Part shown: one piece after another, positions 1 through 14,133 of the stretch
Layout: each line of letters begins with the position of its first letter
How positions within the stretch are numbered: position 1 is the stretch's first letter
Assembly (NCBI GenBank): GCA_040285855.1
Contig: JAUFOQ010000001.1
Location: forward strand, 2,852,001-2,916,000
DNA: 64,000 bases
Source of the DNA: Eukaryota sp. GEM-RC1
Taxonomy: Eukaryota
Direction: 5' to 3'
Program-made: the position numbers and the translations under genes
The notes under the pieces: model-generated
The model's database searches: none
What the model saw: the letters and a program-made list of their open reading frames with translations, nothing else
What the model was told of the DNA's origin: nothing

Positions 1-174
1 TCTTGGTTCACTGGTTCAGGTTCCGCATTTTCATGGAACCGGTCCGAACCGATATTTGTTAAAAACCCTTATCTGTGGTAAAAACAACTTTTGCGAAGAT
101 ATACTGTATTGGACACTGTGTTCGCAATGTGAGAATCTAACTGAAACAATCAATAAATAAGTATAGGATTATTC

Positions 175-648
175 TTGAAATTCTTACCCCCAATGGTCCT
201 TAACGCTAATCCTCCTGCAAAGTTTTCATCTCCTGATTCACGTAAAAAAGCATGGATTTGGAACTACTTCACCCGCCTTGAAGACAAACGTGCTCGCTGC
301 AACGCTGAAAGTTGTGAGAAACACGAACAACCTTATGCAGCAACCAAAGGGAATAATATTATTATACGACATCTTCAGAACCAACATAATGATATTTTTC
401 AACCCAATGAACAAAAGGAAAGTCTTCAGAATGTCCAGGTCATCACCACTTTCCTGCAAAAGCGTAAGCAGTACACTGAGTGTGATCCAACAGTACTACA
501 AAACGTATTCTTGTGGTTTATGAAACCACAAAATCTGTCCCAACAGTCAAAGTCTCAACCATCATTCAGAGTGTCACTTGGTCACACAAGTGTAACCACC
601 ATTGACTTCTCGTTGATGCCATTCTCTCTGAAGAAAAAGATGACGTGA
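175..648 (+). pseudogene. BED zinc-finger N-terminus of a hAT-type transposase (remnant)
   Basis: WIWNYF...ARCNAESC...IIRHLQNQH fits the BED finger pattern. The frame degenerates afterwards, and GGTTC/GAACC repeats at 1-51 resemble subterminal repeats. Confidence 0.6.
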
Positions 649-2559
649 CCAAGATTTCGTTGTCGGAAAAGTTGCTTGCTTAAGACCACCAAGTTATGGA
701 CTTCTATTTGATAGATTTTGGGTCACAGAAGCTTATCCTAACGATATTAAATGGATCAACCTTAAAAAGGTCGGTGAGATGTGCAAAAGACATTAAAGTT
801 ATCAAGCTTATGAAGAATCTTGCCAATGGAGTTATATGGAATTGTTGGAACAAAGAAACGATAAGTAAGTGCACCCAAAACCATCCATGGAGAGTTTCTA
901 GATCGATACTACAATATACTGGAGTTTACTTTGCTCATGTAACTACCGTGTTGGAAAATTTCAAGGGATATCAAGAACCAAACCGTTACTTAAAGTTTAC
1001 AAATGCTGTCACGAATTGATCAAAGAAGGATAGTGAGGTATTAGTCAGAATATCAATTAGAAAAGAGTGATACAAATGTTCGACTTGAGGTGTTAGATAT
1101 CTTATCTTTTGGCACTGAAACTATAGAAACCAGATCGATTGAATATGGTTTGCCTTGTTTCAATTAAACAAATATACAACCACAATATCCATCTTTTGAA
1201 TCTGGACTACAACAGTCAAGGTCTCAATCAATTGTTGCTACCTCCAAGAGAAAGAAAGAAAAGGTAGTGAAGCATTAGCTATGATGACGTGTGACTTAGT
1301 TATGTAGTTCATATTATGGTATAAACTACTTTTCCCCAATACAATCGTGCACAAACCAACAATGAATTCATTTTGGCAGCAAAGAATTCGATTTTTTCAA
1401 AAATTCAAACGATACACAAGATGGATTTTTAGCTTATTCACTTTGTCCTCCGACACAATTCAGTAGTGAAAGACAGGAATTTTGCAATACTATATTAAGA
1501 GTTATTCTGGCTGACGTGATCAAGACCACGTGACATTGATCGAGAATCACACTGCACTGTCCTAATCACACTCAATTTCCAGGATTGACTGTCATCTTAG
1601 TGTGTCCGGCAAATGAAAGATCCATCACAGACTTTCTTTAAGCTACTAAACAGATCCTTGAAATACAACCAGAAGCCTATTGGATTTTGTTATTAGAAAT
1701 AAACAAGTTTTCCACTCAGCTTACTTTAGAAAATGTAATAACTTGATTGAAATTAAATATTTTAAAATTATTCAATACTGTTAGATAACAATGCTTATAT
1801 ATTAGTAAAAGAACTTACTTCGTTCACAGAAAGACGACAGATTTAGTTTTTAAGACAGCGAAATCCAACTTTAAATCTAGGATCAAAACCAAACTCACGA
1901 TCAACAACTGATTAAAATTTGATTGATAACTTGCAACTACACTAATGGTGCATTTAATCCTGTATTCAGAACACTTTCGAATTTAAAATTAGATTATTAC
2001 AATAAATTAACAGAATTTCCAAATTCTGATCTCTCTTTAGGGACACTTTTACAGTAGAACCGTGTATTGAAGACTCTTGAAGCAGACCATCATTGAGATA
2101 AGCAGTGATTCTGTAAGGAAAATCATGGTAGAAATGCCATATTGATTGAGTTCAGTGATGACGTGTCATTGATTGTTCAAAGAGAGGTAGCAAAGACCTA
2201 AGAAGTGACAAGTAAGATGTTCTTTTAGGAGTACTGAACTGGAAGAGTTGTTTTTGAAAGAAGAACTGAGGTGACAAAGGCCATGCATCTTTGAAAAATC
2301 ATAATCTGAAATAAAAGGAACAGAGACCAGAGAAGATGCTTTGAAGAGAGAAGGACTGAAGATTAAAAGGAAAGACTTGAAAGATTATGACAAGAGGAAA
2401 TTGGAAAGAAAAAGGTTCACCCACAAGCATTGTACAAATGATAGAGAAAGAACGCGCAATGTACACTACATGTAGCTGGGATCGTGGTGGAAACTGACAA
2501 ATGTAAGGATTCTCTTACCAGAAACTAACCACTGCATTTCTCTCTTTGCATTACTTCTC

Positions 2560-4089
2560 GTGTCATTCTCCCTTCCCCCAGCAGAAACTCTGACCTTCAT
2601 TCTCGATGAACCTTCCCTATGCAATCAAACCATCACATTATGAGAAGAGTCTATTGAAGTGAACAAGTTCATTCTTGCCGCTCATTCTACCTACTTTCGG
2701 TCTCTTTGGTTCTTGGAGTTTGGTGACAGAGACGAAAACCCAATCGACTTCTCCCATCTCCCTGTTGATTCCAACAACTTTCTTGCCTTCATCAAGTCCT
2801 TCTTCGGACAATCTTTCACTCTCAACGAGAACAATGCCTATGACTTCTACTATCTTGTCCACTACTTCCAAGTGGACAAACTGATCGTACAAGTGGAAAA
2901 CCACCTCAACACTCATCTCGTAACCTGGGCTTGGTTAAAACCATTCATTAAAGAAGCAGATGAAAGAAATGACTTGAGAGCTCTGGAATTCGTTGGTCCT
3001 TTCTTTTCTAAGATTGATGACCTTGTGATTGATGACGTGATGGCAATCACTACTGAAGGGTTAAAAACTCTTTGCAAATACTGTACTTCCACTCAATCTC
3101 AATCTTGGTTCATCAAATCAATGGTGAAATCAATTTTAAATCAAAGTTTTGATTTGAATGAATTTTTCAATGTTTTAAATTCGTGCTCAATTGAAGCCTT
3201 TTCCTTTCAACAATGGGATGAGTTGCTATTTGTTCCTTAAAAAGATGTTGAAGAATTGGAAGCCGATTTGATCAAGTTTTTGTTTACAAGAGTTAAGAAT
3301 CTTTACTTTGACTCGTTGGTGAAAGAAGTTTCTGATTTGAAGGAAGAAGTATCTGATTTGAACATTCAAAATTCTGAATTAACAACCAAATGTTCGAATT
3401 TAGAAAACAACAATTCTGATTTAACAACAGAAATCAGTCATTTGAAGACAACAATTTCTGATTTGGGAACAAACAATGCTGGTTTAACAACTGATATTCA
3501 GAATTTAACTACTACAAAGTCTAACAAAATTACCAAACTACAACAAGAAATTGAACAACTTAAAAAGATAACTACAGAAACTCAAGTGGTGTGTCAATCA
3601 GTTCCTCAATCAAAAGTGATTAGATTCTCTCCAACTAAGAAACATTCTCAGTTACAAGTTAGTGGGGATAGAAAGAGAGTTGATGTTGGTAGTGGTGATT
3701 ATGTGGTTAGAAATATCTTGGGAGAAGATCCACTTCTTCCAGGTAATTTGTATACTTGGAAGTTGAGGTACCAGGGGGTTACTAGTGGTCTTGTTGTTGG
3801 AGTCATTGACGAGTCAAAGTTTAGTGTTGATGGTAGTTGTTGGAACAGTGCTCACTGTTTTCACAATGGTAATAGTGTTTGGGGTTGTCTCTCAGGAAAC
3901 AAAACTAAGTGGAATCCTGGTGAATTACTCGAAATCAGTGTAAATCTAATCAATCACACTTTAACAATCAAATCTGTGAGTAATTCTTCAATTAATCTTT
4001 CTGGAACTCTTCCCAGGTTAAGTAGTGGTAATTATTATCCATATGTTTTGTTGTATCATGGTAATCATGAACTTGAAATCGTTGAATAA
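2560..4089 (+). pseudogene. BTB - coiled coil - SPRY/B30.2-like protein, copy 1 (start ATG>GTG, in-frame TGA ~2641 and TAA 3238)
   Basis: BTB motif VNKFILAAHSTYFRSL...YFQVDKL, heptad repeats, and SPRY-like NILGEDPLLPG..YTWKLRY..LVVGVID..GELLEISVNL..YYPY. Colinear with the intact copy at 21932. Confidence 0.85.
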
Positions 4090-5643
4090 AGTTGACAACA
4101 TTTTGCGTAAGTCTCATCTTTCGAATCATTGTCTCAAATTAAAATATTTGATATCAACGATGACGAGTGACAGAAAAGAGAAAAGTTCATTTATTAAAGA
4201 ACTTGATCGTCCAACACCAAACACTATTACTCTTTAAGGTTCTGATAGTGTGATTAATGTCCATTACCGTGATTCCATTTGTGCATATAACTTTTGATTT
4301 ACTTTTGGTTGTTATTAGAGTGGTAGTTTTATGGGAAGTGGAAACTGTACTTAAGATTGTATTTCTTGAGGTCCAAAATATAGACATTGAAAATGTTTTA
4401 AAGGCGTCACTGGAGTTTCGTAAGAGAAAATTTGAATGAAATCACAATATTTTCTAATATTTTGCAAACATTGATTGAGAAACAAGTTTGTCAAAAATCA
4501 GAAATTAAAAAGGTCAATTTGATGATTCCTGGTTATTATGTCGGTAAAATATAGCTATTGCTAAATCCGGGTGCTTGTTAGTTGTAGAAGCGTTCTACTT
4601 TTCACTGTGTCCTCATATGAATCAATGTGGTCAGTGTTTTTAAGCATACATACTCCTGTATTGCCATATTTTGAAAAACAATCCGACACAATGTAAGAGA
4701 ATCAACAGGGATTATAGGTCAGTGATTGATATTGTTGGCTCTTTCAGGATTTTTCACTAATAGATTCTCCTTCGAGGTTGTGAGAAACACAGTCTTCATT
4801 AAAAATTCAACTGTTTTAAAATCTCCCTGAGTTGTTTACTCTAGACTCAGTTTGAATTTTTTCCTGCTGCAATATACTAGTATTAGATTAAATATTTATT
4901 GTCCAAGGTTCTTTGTATCAATATAGTTATTATAAATACAAGAATATTGTAATATATTTCAACGTTTCTACTTATGTCATTCATTTTCAAACAAATCTGA
5001 CAACCAATATCGACTTCCAATCAATAGAAAACACCATTGAGTTCTTCTAAGGATAAGGCGTTGTTCTAAAATGGCATATGAAGTCATCGAAACGTTGAAT
5101 TTGACAACTTTGATATGTCTGCTCCTCAGCGCAAAGTGTTTGTGGACCAGCTTTTTACTGTGGCTAATCCCCAATTGGCTGCAAGGTCTGGAGTAGTGAC
5201 CAGACAGTATCTTTCTGCAACATTTGTCGTCATCTGATCTTCGATGAAAGTACTACCAAACTGATTCTCATATCATTATTCCACCTAGCTAAAAACGGCC
5301 AAATTCACCTTTCATATGTGATTTTTTGTGCGGCTTTCAGTGCATACTGTCGATTGCTTTCAGTGCTGTAAAAGTGCAGATACTGATCAAACAAATGAAC
5401 CACTATTTAATATTTGTAGTAGACGTTATCTGACACATCACTTAAATCGCTTAATTCAACGACACGATAAAGTCATCATCTTTAGAGGATAATCTTCTGC
5501 TATTTGTGTCAGTATATTGGTTTAAAACACTGTAATTTAACAACGAATCGCTTCTTATCAGAATATATGAGTCATATTAAAAAATGAACCGAAAATATAC
5601 ATTCTTAGTGGTTACTATGTACAAAACACTGGATAAATCTAGA

Positions 5644-5878
5644 TCATGATTGCTTCTTCGAGTTGACAGTGCTTAAATTAACACTCAGGTTATCAAACGG
5701 ATAAACCACGTCATCATCAGAGGTGTCAGAATACACTATTGGAACTCGACGTGGGATAGGCTTCGAATAAGGACTATTAGAAGGATGACGATTACGAGAT
5801 GTGAAGACTTTGGAGGGATTTGTAGGACGACTACTGTGTTCATCCAACATAGCGGATAGCATAGGTTCTTCCTCATAC
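5644..5878 (-). pseudogene. 3' fragment of the VWA gene at 35630-36445
   Basis: EEEPMLSAMLDEHSSRPTNP...NSKKQS is near-identical to the C-terminus of 35630-36445. The 5' part is replaced by a non-LTR fragment. Confidence 0.85.
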
Positions 5879-5879
5879 A

Positions 5880-6180
5880 TGGATAGCTATTGGGTATTTC
5901 GTGACAAAATTTTGGGAAAAGATCTTGAATTACAAGAATCAACAGTTATGAAATCCATCATAATTTCTTGACAAGATAACCAAGGACCAATCAAATCACC
6001 ACGACTTCCATCAACTTTTGTCTGATCAGAAAGATTAGCAAGTAAAGGGTCTATTCTTCCATGAAAACCACTAGCTTTAAACATATGTCCAAACAGTTAT
6101 GCTGGATACTGTTGTGAATAATAGATCTAAAACAAATAAATTGATGACAGTTAACTAAATGATGAAAATTGAACGACCAC
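5880..6180 (-). mobile_element. Non-LTR retrotransposon fragment (restriction-like endonuclease region)
   Basis: FKASGFHGRIDPLL...SRGDLIGPW...MDFITVD matches the RLE R(A/G)D..D motif. Homologous to 33900-34480. Confidence 0.65.
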
Positions 6181-6781
6181 AAAGACATGAGTCTCAACAT
6201 TTGTGTTTTAGAAATTTGATCTAGATTACTTTAGAGAAAAACGCCTTTTAATAACCATTACTGATAGATAGTACCATTAATACTAACAAACGAGATAGCA
6301 ACAGCTTTTCATTCGTTCATTCATGTCTCACTCCAAAGAAACGGTTTGGAATCGAATCAATTACCTAAACATTGCTTTTAAATCGGAAATTTACAACATT
6401 CCTCTTTCAGTAAATGGCATTCAATTTTCTGTCACTACTTACACAATTTGCTCGAACGATAGTGAGAAATTTGTAACTAAAAATTCCGAACTAAAAGACG
6501 AAATAGCAAAGTGACGTAAAGCAAACGGTGTGTTTCACAGAAAATTACTCTTGGTAATTAATTCAATTTACCCAGCTAATTTCGCTTATTTTAGCATTTT
6601 TTCTGTGATGCTCAAATCCAGTGTGGAAGACAAGATATTTAACAGAGAACGGCTAAGAGTGTGACAGAATTTGAATTTGGAATTTCAGATTTCTTATGTA
6701 TGTGACAGAATTTGAATTCTCAATTTGAAAATGTGAAGATGAATAAAAACACTTTATAGATATAAAAAACTAAAATACATA

Positions 6782-8397
6782 TTAGGGATGAAACTTCTTG
6801 TTGGCTTTGGTATGTCCAGAGAGACCGCAGATGCTGCACATAAAGGGATTTCGCTTAGTACGAGTAGTTCTCCTGGTATTGTTACATAAAGGTGGAGGAG
6901 AAAGTGAGAGAGGTTGAGTTGCAGACTCATCAGAGAGAGTCGAAGATGGATTTCGAGACTGTTGAATAACCACCGGCTTAGGATATTTATTCTGTGCTGT
7001 CTGGATGCCAGTAAGCATGATCTGTTCCAAACGAGAGCGAGTGGCATTATCTGCTGTTGTATACATTGGAAGCCATTTGTTCAAGTGGGTTCAATAAAGC
7101 AGGAGCAGAGACATTTAACCACCATTGATGATCAAAATCTTCCAATGTTAGAGCAGAGTCGTTGGAAATAAGTTCAACTAGTTCGTGTTTGCAAGGGATT
7201 CCATTCACAGTTCTATTCCATTGGGAGCATTCAGGAATCCTTTGGTCTAAAGATTCAAGAGAGCATAGTACGTCATTAAGAGCGAAAGAAGAAACTTTCC
7301 GTACAACATTCTGAAAAAAGTCATTGTTGACAAGTCGTCTATCAACTGCTGATTTATCATCAGCTACAGTTCTTCTGTAATCTGCTAACTGCTGAAAAAT
7401 GTACTCATGAATTTGATGCATTGCCCCCATAACATCTCTTGAGGTCATTCGAGAAGTTGCTTTCAGTGCATTGTGTGCACTTTCGGCTCTGCCGGTTGTT
7501 CTCGTATTGAAGTGCTTCAATTTGTCGACATGGCAATGCAAGAAGTTTTTCGACACTTTCATAGTGTGATCAGTTAGATATTTAAGCACAGGTGCAAGTT
7601 GTTCATCAGCAGAATATTTTCGATTCATTTCTTCCCACATTGTTGCAGCTGTTTCTTCACTAGATTCATACACCATTTCGTCAAACATTTCAACAAATGT
7701 CTTCCATTTTGACTCTTCAACAGAATGTTTGTAGCCATTCAAGTTCTGTTTAATATGAAACCAGCAAAGTAGATGGTGGGCAGATGGATAGAGATCCCGG
7801 ATGGCTTTTAAGAGGGCTTTGTCCTGATCAGTAACTATAATGCTGGGAGTCACTGGGAAAACATTATAAAACATCATTAGCGCTACTTTGTATGCAGCAT
7901 TATTTTCATTTGTCATGAAAATATGTACAACAACCAAAGTGCTGTTAGTACACGTCTTCACAGCTATGGTGAATAAAGGCATATTAAATCTATTAGTTGA
8001 ATATGTTGAATCCATTATCAACATACTAGCATACCTTCTGCTTAAAGAGATCGTTTCTCTATTCGAGACTAAGACACAAAATGGGTCTTCATTCAACTGA
8101 ATATAGTACCGATCACCATATTCGCGTGCAGCGGCCTCAATGCAGGAATCTTCACCAAGAATTTCTTTGCGCATAGCTTGGCGGTGATTCGTTACATCTT
8201 TCCGAGTGAGATTTGTGGGACCATCTAGCCTGTTAACATCCGCCAAAACACTTCTAACTGGATACATGGGATTTAAAGACTCGAGTATATTATACTGGCT
8301 TGGAGACACAACACGGTGATGAAAGAGTGTGGAAGTCTCTTCCAACATCTCATGAGAATGGCCATTTACTCGAGGGTAAGTAAGCCACTGGCCTTCA
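6782..8397 (-). mobile_element. Mutator/MULE (FAR1-like) transposase, 5'-truncated, with one frameshift before the C-terminal zinc knuckle
   Basis: MDSTYSTNRFNMPL, IVTDQD, LCWFH, TTGRAESAH (D,D,CxxH,E), SWIM-like ECSQW..GIPCKH, and CSICGLSGH in 6782-7084. Confidence 0.9.
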
Positions 8398-8890
8398 GAT
8401 GTTTTAGATGTATGTAACAAATCTTGTGTTAGTAGGATATTAGATTCTTCTTTTAATCCATTAACAGCAGCTGATAAGCTCAAACACACCAAGTATGACT
8501 CTCAAGTAGAAGAATTAAATAGAAACTCATATTCCAAATTTGTGTTTCAACCTTTTGCTGTTTCTCTTTTTGGATCTATTAGTCCTGCTGGTGATCAATT
8601 TTTCAAGGATTTCGAAGAATTGTGTAAAGAAAAGAAGCGTAAGTTTAGAATGGCTGAATGGAAAAACCGTATAGTGTTTTCCATATATCGGAATATGCCT
8701 TTCTATTTCTCTAGATTAATTGAGAAATTGTACAAGTTTGGTGTGAAGGTTCATGTAGATAAACGTAATCTTTTACCGGGTGGTGATGAAGTCGTTTGGA
8801 TTTAATTAGTATTATTTGTTTGTTTTTACAATTTCATAGTTTGTAGAAAGGTTACCTTATTGGGTGCCGAATAAACATCTCTCTCTCTCT
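8398..8890 (+). mobile_element. 3' end of an RLE-type (CRE-like) non-LTR retrotransposon with a (CT)n tail
   Basis: The frame reads LDVCNKS...ADKLKHTKYD...FQPFAVSLFGSISP...WKNRIVFSIY, followed by AATAAA and a short CT-repeat tail. Confidence 0.7.
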
Positions 8891-9942
8891 GATGTTCTAG
8901 TTACATAAACCTTCCAGGGACACTGTGATTTTCGTGTTTTTCGTGTTCTTATATAATTCAAAGCACAAAAACAATGCTAATCATGTTAATTCGGTACCAT
9001 GAGCAGTTGTTCTCGTTGAAAACAGTCTTCATTGAAAATTGAATTGTTTTAAAGTCTCCCTGAGTTTTTACTCTAGACTCAGTTTGAATTTTACCTATTT
9101 CAATATATTGCAATATATTACAATACTTATGACATTCTTTTCAAACAACTCTGACAAAAAATATCGACATATATTCAATGGGAAACAGCAATGAGCTGTT
9201 CTAAGGATACGGAGTTGTTTCAAAATGTCATATGAAGTCATCGAGGTGTGGAATTTATGAAATTTCATAAATATTTTTCTTTATAAAAAGTTTGTGTGGA
9301 CCAGTTTTTAACTGTCGCTAATTCCCAATTTCCTGCAAGTTCTGGAGTAGAGGGCCAGGTAGCATATTACGGCAACACTTGTCCTCATTTTATCTTAGAT
9401 GAAGGTACTATCAAACGGATTATACGCAACCATCCTAGCTCATAGTACTGTTGCTTATACAAGTAAAGTGCTTTTAGACAGTGTATGCCCTTTCGACTTT
9501 AAGAATAAAAATGAGGATAATGTTAAGAAGAGGCGTCGAGCATTCAGAGGAACATGGAGAGAGAAACTGATCTTTTGTGTAATCAACTTGGTCAATAGAT
9601 CATCTCGATCGTGTATATGAATGGATTCGTTACAGAGGTAGAAGAAAACTTGCTCTTGATACACAACATTTGAATGTTTTAGATCCAAGAGCTATCACAT
9701 GTAAATGATAGTCTTTATACACACATGTATTGAAAGCCGCACAAAGACAACTAAATATAAAGGGTGAATTTGGAGACAGTATTGAGTTTCTTAGCTGTAT
9801 AAAATAGTGTCATATGTTGCGATATCTATTGCAAGTTTCTGAATCTGCAATAAATTTATTGCAATTAAATTTTACGTTAAATTTTTTTGCCCTTACCTCA
9901 GAGTCTGTACGTTAAAGAACATGCTTTATTACGACTTTTTGA

Positions 9943-10752
9943 TTGAAACTAACTGAGCGCTTATCTACTCAGTCTGTATGCTATACAACGGACGGTTGGA
10001 CCTCACCAAATAATACCCCCTTTATTTCTCTTACTGCTCATTTCATCACTTCTAAATTTCAACTTGTGAATGTTTTAACCGATTTACGTCCTTTTGGACA
10101 TCCACACAATGAAGAAAGAACTGGCAGGTGTATTACTATGATGCTTAATGACGTTAATGCGAAAAGAGATCATTCGTTCACGGTTGACAATGCTCCCGCC
10201 TTACACGCTGCATTGAACAGAATCAATTATGAACGATCTGAACTGGGTAAAGGTTGTATTCTTGAGATGAGATGCTTTGCACACATCCTAAATATTGTTG
10301 TCCAAGCTGGACTTCCTCACGTAGAAAACACCTGTAAAAAAATTCGGAAACTTGCTCAAACCTTGGCAGGCTCAACACAACTTACCCAAGAATTCCGTGA
10401 TTGTTTCGAAGACCTAAATATTCGTTCAATTAGAAGAGATGTGAAAACTCGATGGAATAGTACAGATTTTATGCTTTGTACTTATCTCAAACGGTTACAA
10501 GCGATCAAGCTGTTTTTTGCAACAACAGAAAATGAAGATATTTCCGAATTACAACTTACGTCTCAAGAACTTGCCAATGTTCGCTGTTTGTGTGATATTT
10601 TGAAAGTATTTTATAACGCAGCAAGTACTGTTTCGTACTCAACATGTTCAGTTGGACCGGGCGTTGTAATGCTCGCCGAAATAGAAAGGCAGTTTAATAT
10701 TCAAGAGAACAATAACCAACACAGACCATGGGTGTTGCGGAGGAATTCTTGA
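9943..10752 (+). mobile_element. hAT transposase catalytic-core fragment
   Basis: YTTDGWTS, TVDNA, RCFAHILN, DVKTRWNST motifs. Confidence 0.9.
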
Positions 10753-11169
10753 AACAAAGAAACGATAAGTAAGTGCACCCATAACCATCCATGGAGAGTG
10801 TCTAGATCGATGCTACAAAATGCTGGAGTTTACTTTGCTCATGTTGTTACCATATTTGAAAATGCCAAGGGATATCAAGGACCAAACCATTGTGGAAAGT
10901 TTACGAATGCTGTCACGAATTGATCAAAGAAGGATATTGAGATACTGGTCAGAAGACTAGTTCGCAAAGTTTGATCCAAATGTTCAACTTGAGATGTTAG
11001 ATATCTTACCATGTGGAACTGAAACTTCAGAATCTATATCGATTGTAGACGGTACTGTTTTTGCAATAAAACAAGTATACAACCTGCGAATTGCAAATAT
11101 AGTGGATTACATTCCCACCTCATTCCTCTTTCTGTATTAATCTTTTATAATAAATGCCCTTGAACACAG

Positions 11170-11580
11170 ATGATTTATTTTCTGGAGCTAATTTGTCTGA
11201 GCTTAAGGTGCAAGCCTCCGAAGACACATGGTGGAACGGAAGAACAAAGACATGCTCGAAATACTCCAACGTTACTTTGCAGACAACCCACTACGGTCAG
11301 AGACAATACCCCGAATATAACTCATTTTGAACAACTTAATATGCTCAAAAACATCGTTTACGCCACAGCAGCGTGTATTCGGGACCTTCGCTGAACCTAG
11401 AAAGAATACGCTAGACATCTTGCTAACTACCACTTCAAAACCTGATGAAAACGGATTAGATAGAAGAACTAAAGCAGCAAAGATCATGAAGAAACTAGAC
11501 TCAGATCTGCGAACTCGCTGGAACATAAGTAATATCATCCAACAGGCTTTTATTCGAGATTTCCCGAACAATCAGCCATC
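11170..11580 (+). pseudogene. Second BED-finger/hAT N-terminal remnant
   Basis: Fragmentary C..C and RHLANYH segments spread across frames; degraded. Confidence 0.35.
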
Positions 11581-12082
11581 ATGCCAACGATCTAGTTTTA
11601 AGACTTTACAATAGACCAAACAAACTAATAGTTCAAGCAGGGACATTCCAAGTGATTTAATTCTTAAGAACTTCAGGATACCGAATAAGAAGCATCATTG
11701 GACCAGAAGAATACGAAGTTTCAGGTTGTGAACTGAAACTTTTCCATCCGGGCACGGTAATTGACCACGCAAAGCAAGTTGCCGCTAACGATCGAGAGGA
11801 AGTAGTAGTACAATATGTGATTGCCCAAGAAGAAAGAGCAGACTGTGGTTCAAAGTCTTCTTCGGCAACGACATATCTCAAATAGAACCTCTATCATCCT
11901 TAAGAGATGGTTCTCGTAAAAATGATAAACTTCTCCATATGCAACCTCGAGATCTATAAAGCAACCTCCAAGAAAAAGAAAGAAAAGGTAGTGAAGTATT
12001 AGCTACGATGACATGTGACATAGTTTTATAGTTCATATTTTGAGTTTCTGGTTTACTAATAGCCCATCGAAAGTCAATCGAG

Positions 12083-13250
12083 TTATATGAACGCTTCCCG
12101 ACTGTGAATCAAGCCGACGCTACCTATAAAACCAATGTTTATAACATGCCAATGTTTCACTTGGTAGGATTCACCAGTGTGAAAACGACCTTTACTATCG
12201 CTGCGACGCTCCTTAGCCGCGAAAATGAAGAAGAGTATTGCTGGGCTTGGGAGCAATTCAAAACAATATGCCCTGTTTCCCCTGAAGTTATTGTAACCGG
12301 TCGCGATTTGGCGCTTATAAACTCGATCCATCAAGTGTATCCGGAAACTGGACATATTCTTTGCATGTTCCATGTCATCCAGAACTTAAACTTAAACGAG
12401 ACTAATGCCAGCCAAATGATGTGGACTGAAATTCTAAATGATTGGCGGGTTGTGGTTGGTTCCATCACAGAAGAATTGCTGCAGGAAAATCTGGAATACT
12501 AATGGAACAATTATCAAAACACTCTGGAGCTAAAAGGTGCTTTAAATTATGTAATTGATGCCCTTCAAGAAGTCTTTTGTTAGGTGCTATATTGACGTTT
12601 CGCCATTTTAACACTTTCACTACGAGTAGAGCAGAAAGTGCTCATCATGCAATCAAAGCAGGTGACAAATTAAACAAAAGAGATCTGGAAGGAATTTTCA
12701 ACAACATCAATGTCACTGTTACTTGCTGCAGAAAAAAGATCTCTGCATCCTGACCTACTTGCACCTGCTGTAAGGAATTTATTTGATCCAGTTGTGAAAA
12801 AAGTCGCTATATGTGCAATGCTTGAAGTATTAAATAAAGTCTCCAACGCAGCAGAATTTGGTGATACCCAGTGCACAGGTGTCTCAGTTTGTTTCTGGAC
12901 TGCCATGCTATCATGGTGTGAAGACACTTATGGATGAAGACGGTTTTCTTACGATAGAGTCATTTCACCCTCAATGGTGACTTGTGAATTCTGAAGAGGA
13001 AGTTGCTAGGGAAGTAGCACAAAATCCTGTGGAAGTTGTCTACAAGAGATACCAGAGAGCTACTAATAGCCTTGAGCGTTTCCGTTTAGAAAGAGAGGCA
13101 ACAAGAGCTATAGTAAGAGTTGAAGTAAGAGTAGTAGATGCTCTGTATGTGTGGCAAAGGGACTGGAAGGTTATGGACATAATGCTGCCAAGCATTGTAA
13201 GAGATGTAAAGAGTTCAAAAATGAATGTAGTTGTGAGTGATGTGTTGTAG
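12083..13250 (+). pseudogene. Degraded MULE transposase (paralogue of 6782-8397)
   Basis: DATYKTNVYNMPMF, IVTGRD, ILCMFH, TTSRAESAHH, and a C-terminal C/H knuckle. Contains stops and frameshifts. Confidence 0.85.
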
Positions 13251-13396
13251 CAGTACATGTAGTAAATGATCAAGATTCAACTCACAGATTTCACCTTTAT
13301 AGCAGTTTATTTCACCTAGTTAGTCAAATGAAATTCGTGTCAATAATTCGACATGATTTTTCAAAAAAATTCATTTTCTTCATATCCTTCTTCTTC

Positions 13397-14133
13397 ATGT
13401 CTTCAAGACCTTCTCGTACTTGTCAATCCAAAAAAACTTGTCTTAGAGATTACACTTCTTCTGATGAAGAAATTAGTGAATCTGATCAACCTTCAACTGT
13501 TCCTTCTTCCATCAATGTTCAGAGGAAAAGGAATAGGTTGATCCAGAGAATACAAGGTTTTTATGAAACTTGTCCAGTTGTTCTTCTTCTTCCATATGAC
13601 AATAAGGTTGTTGAAGTTTCCAATTATGAAAATGCATCTCTTGATGTATTAACCACTCCTTGGATCGCGATGGAAGATCGTAACTTTAACTTTAATCCGG
13701 TTCGAAGTCAACCATCAATTCTTCCTCTTGATATGCCACTTAATGTCATATCAAGATCTACCTATTCTCTAGACTTAGGGAAACCTTCTTCTTACTTTTT
13801 AAATGCAATGTTTCCTCTTGCTTTAAAACCTTCTGTTTTACATGATGTTGGCTTAGGTGTCTTTTCTGAATGTGCTATTTCTCCAAATCAAGTTGTCCTA
13901 TATTTTGTTGGGAAATATAGGACACAATTACTACACCTACTCATCCAATTTATGTGCATAATGCGTGGCAATTAAAAAATGGTTTAATTATTGACGCATC
14001 AGACAACAATTTGGATTTTGATGTTGGTAGATACGTCAGCACAAATGTTGAATCAAAATTAAATTTAAGAGCGTGTGAACACAATCATGTGTATAGGGTT
14101 GCTCTGGATTTTCAGGGAAGAGGCTTAACATAG
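13397..14133 (+). pseudogene. SET-domain protein (frameshifted near 13925, C-terminally incomplete)
   Basis: LKPSVLHDVGLGVFSECAISPNQVVLYFVGKY, continuing in another frame as WQLKNGLIIDASDN..DVGRYVS. These are SET GxGVF, IDA and R(F/Y)(I/V)N-like motifs. Confidence 0.65.
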
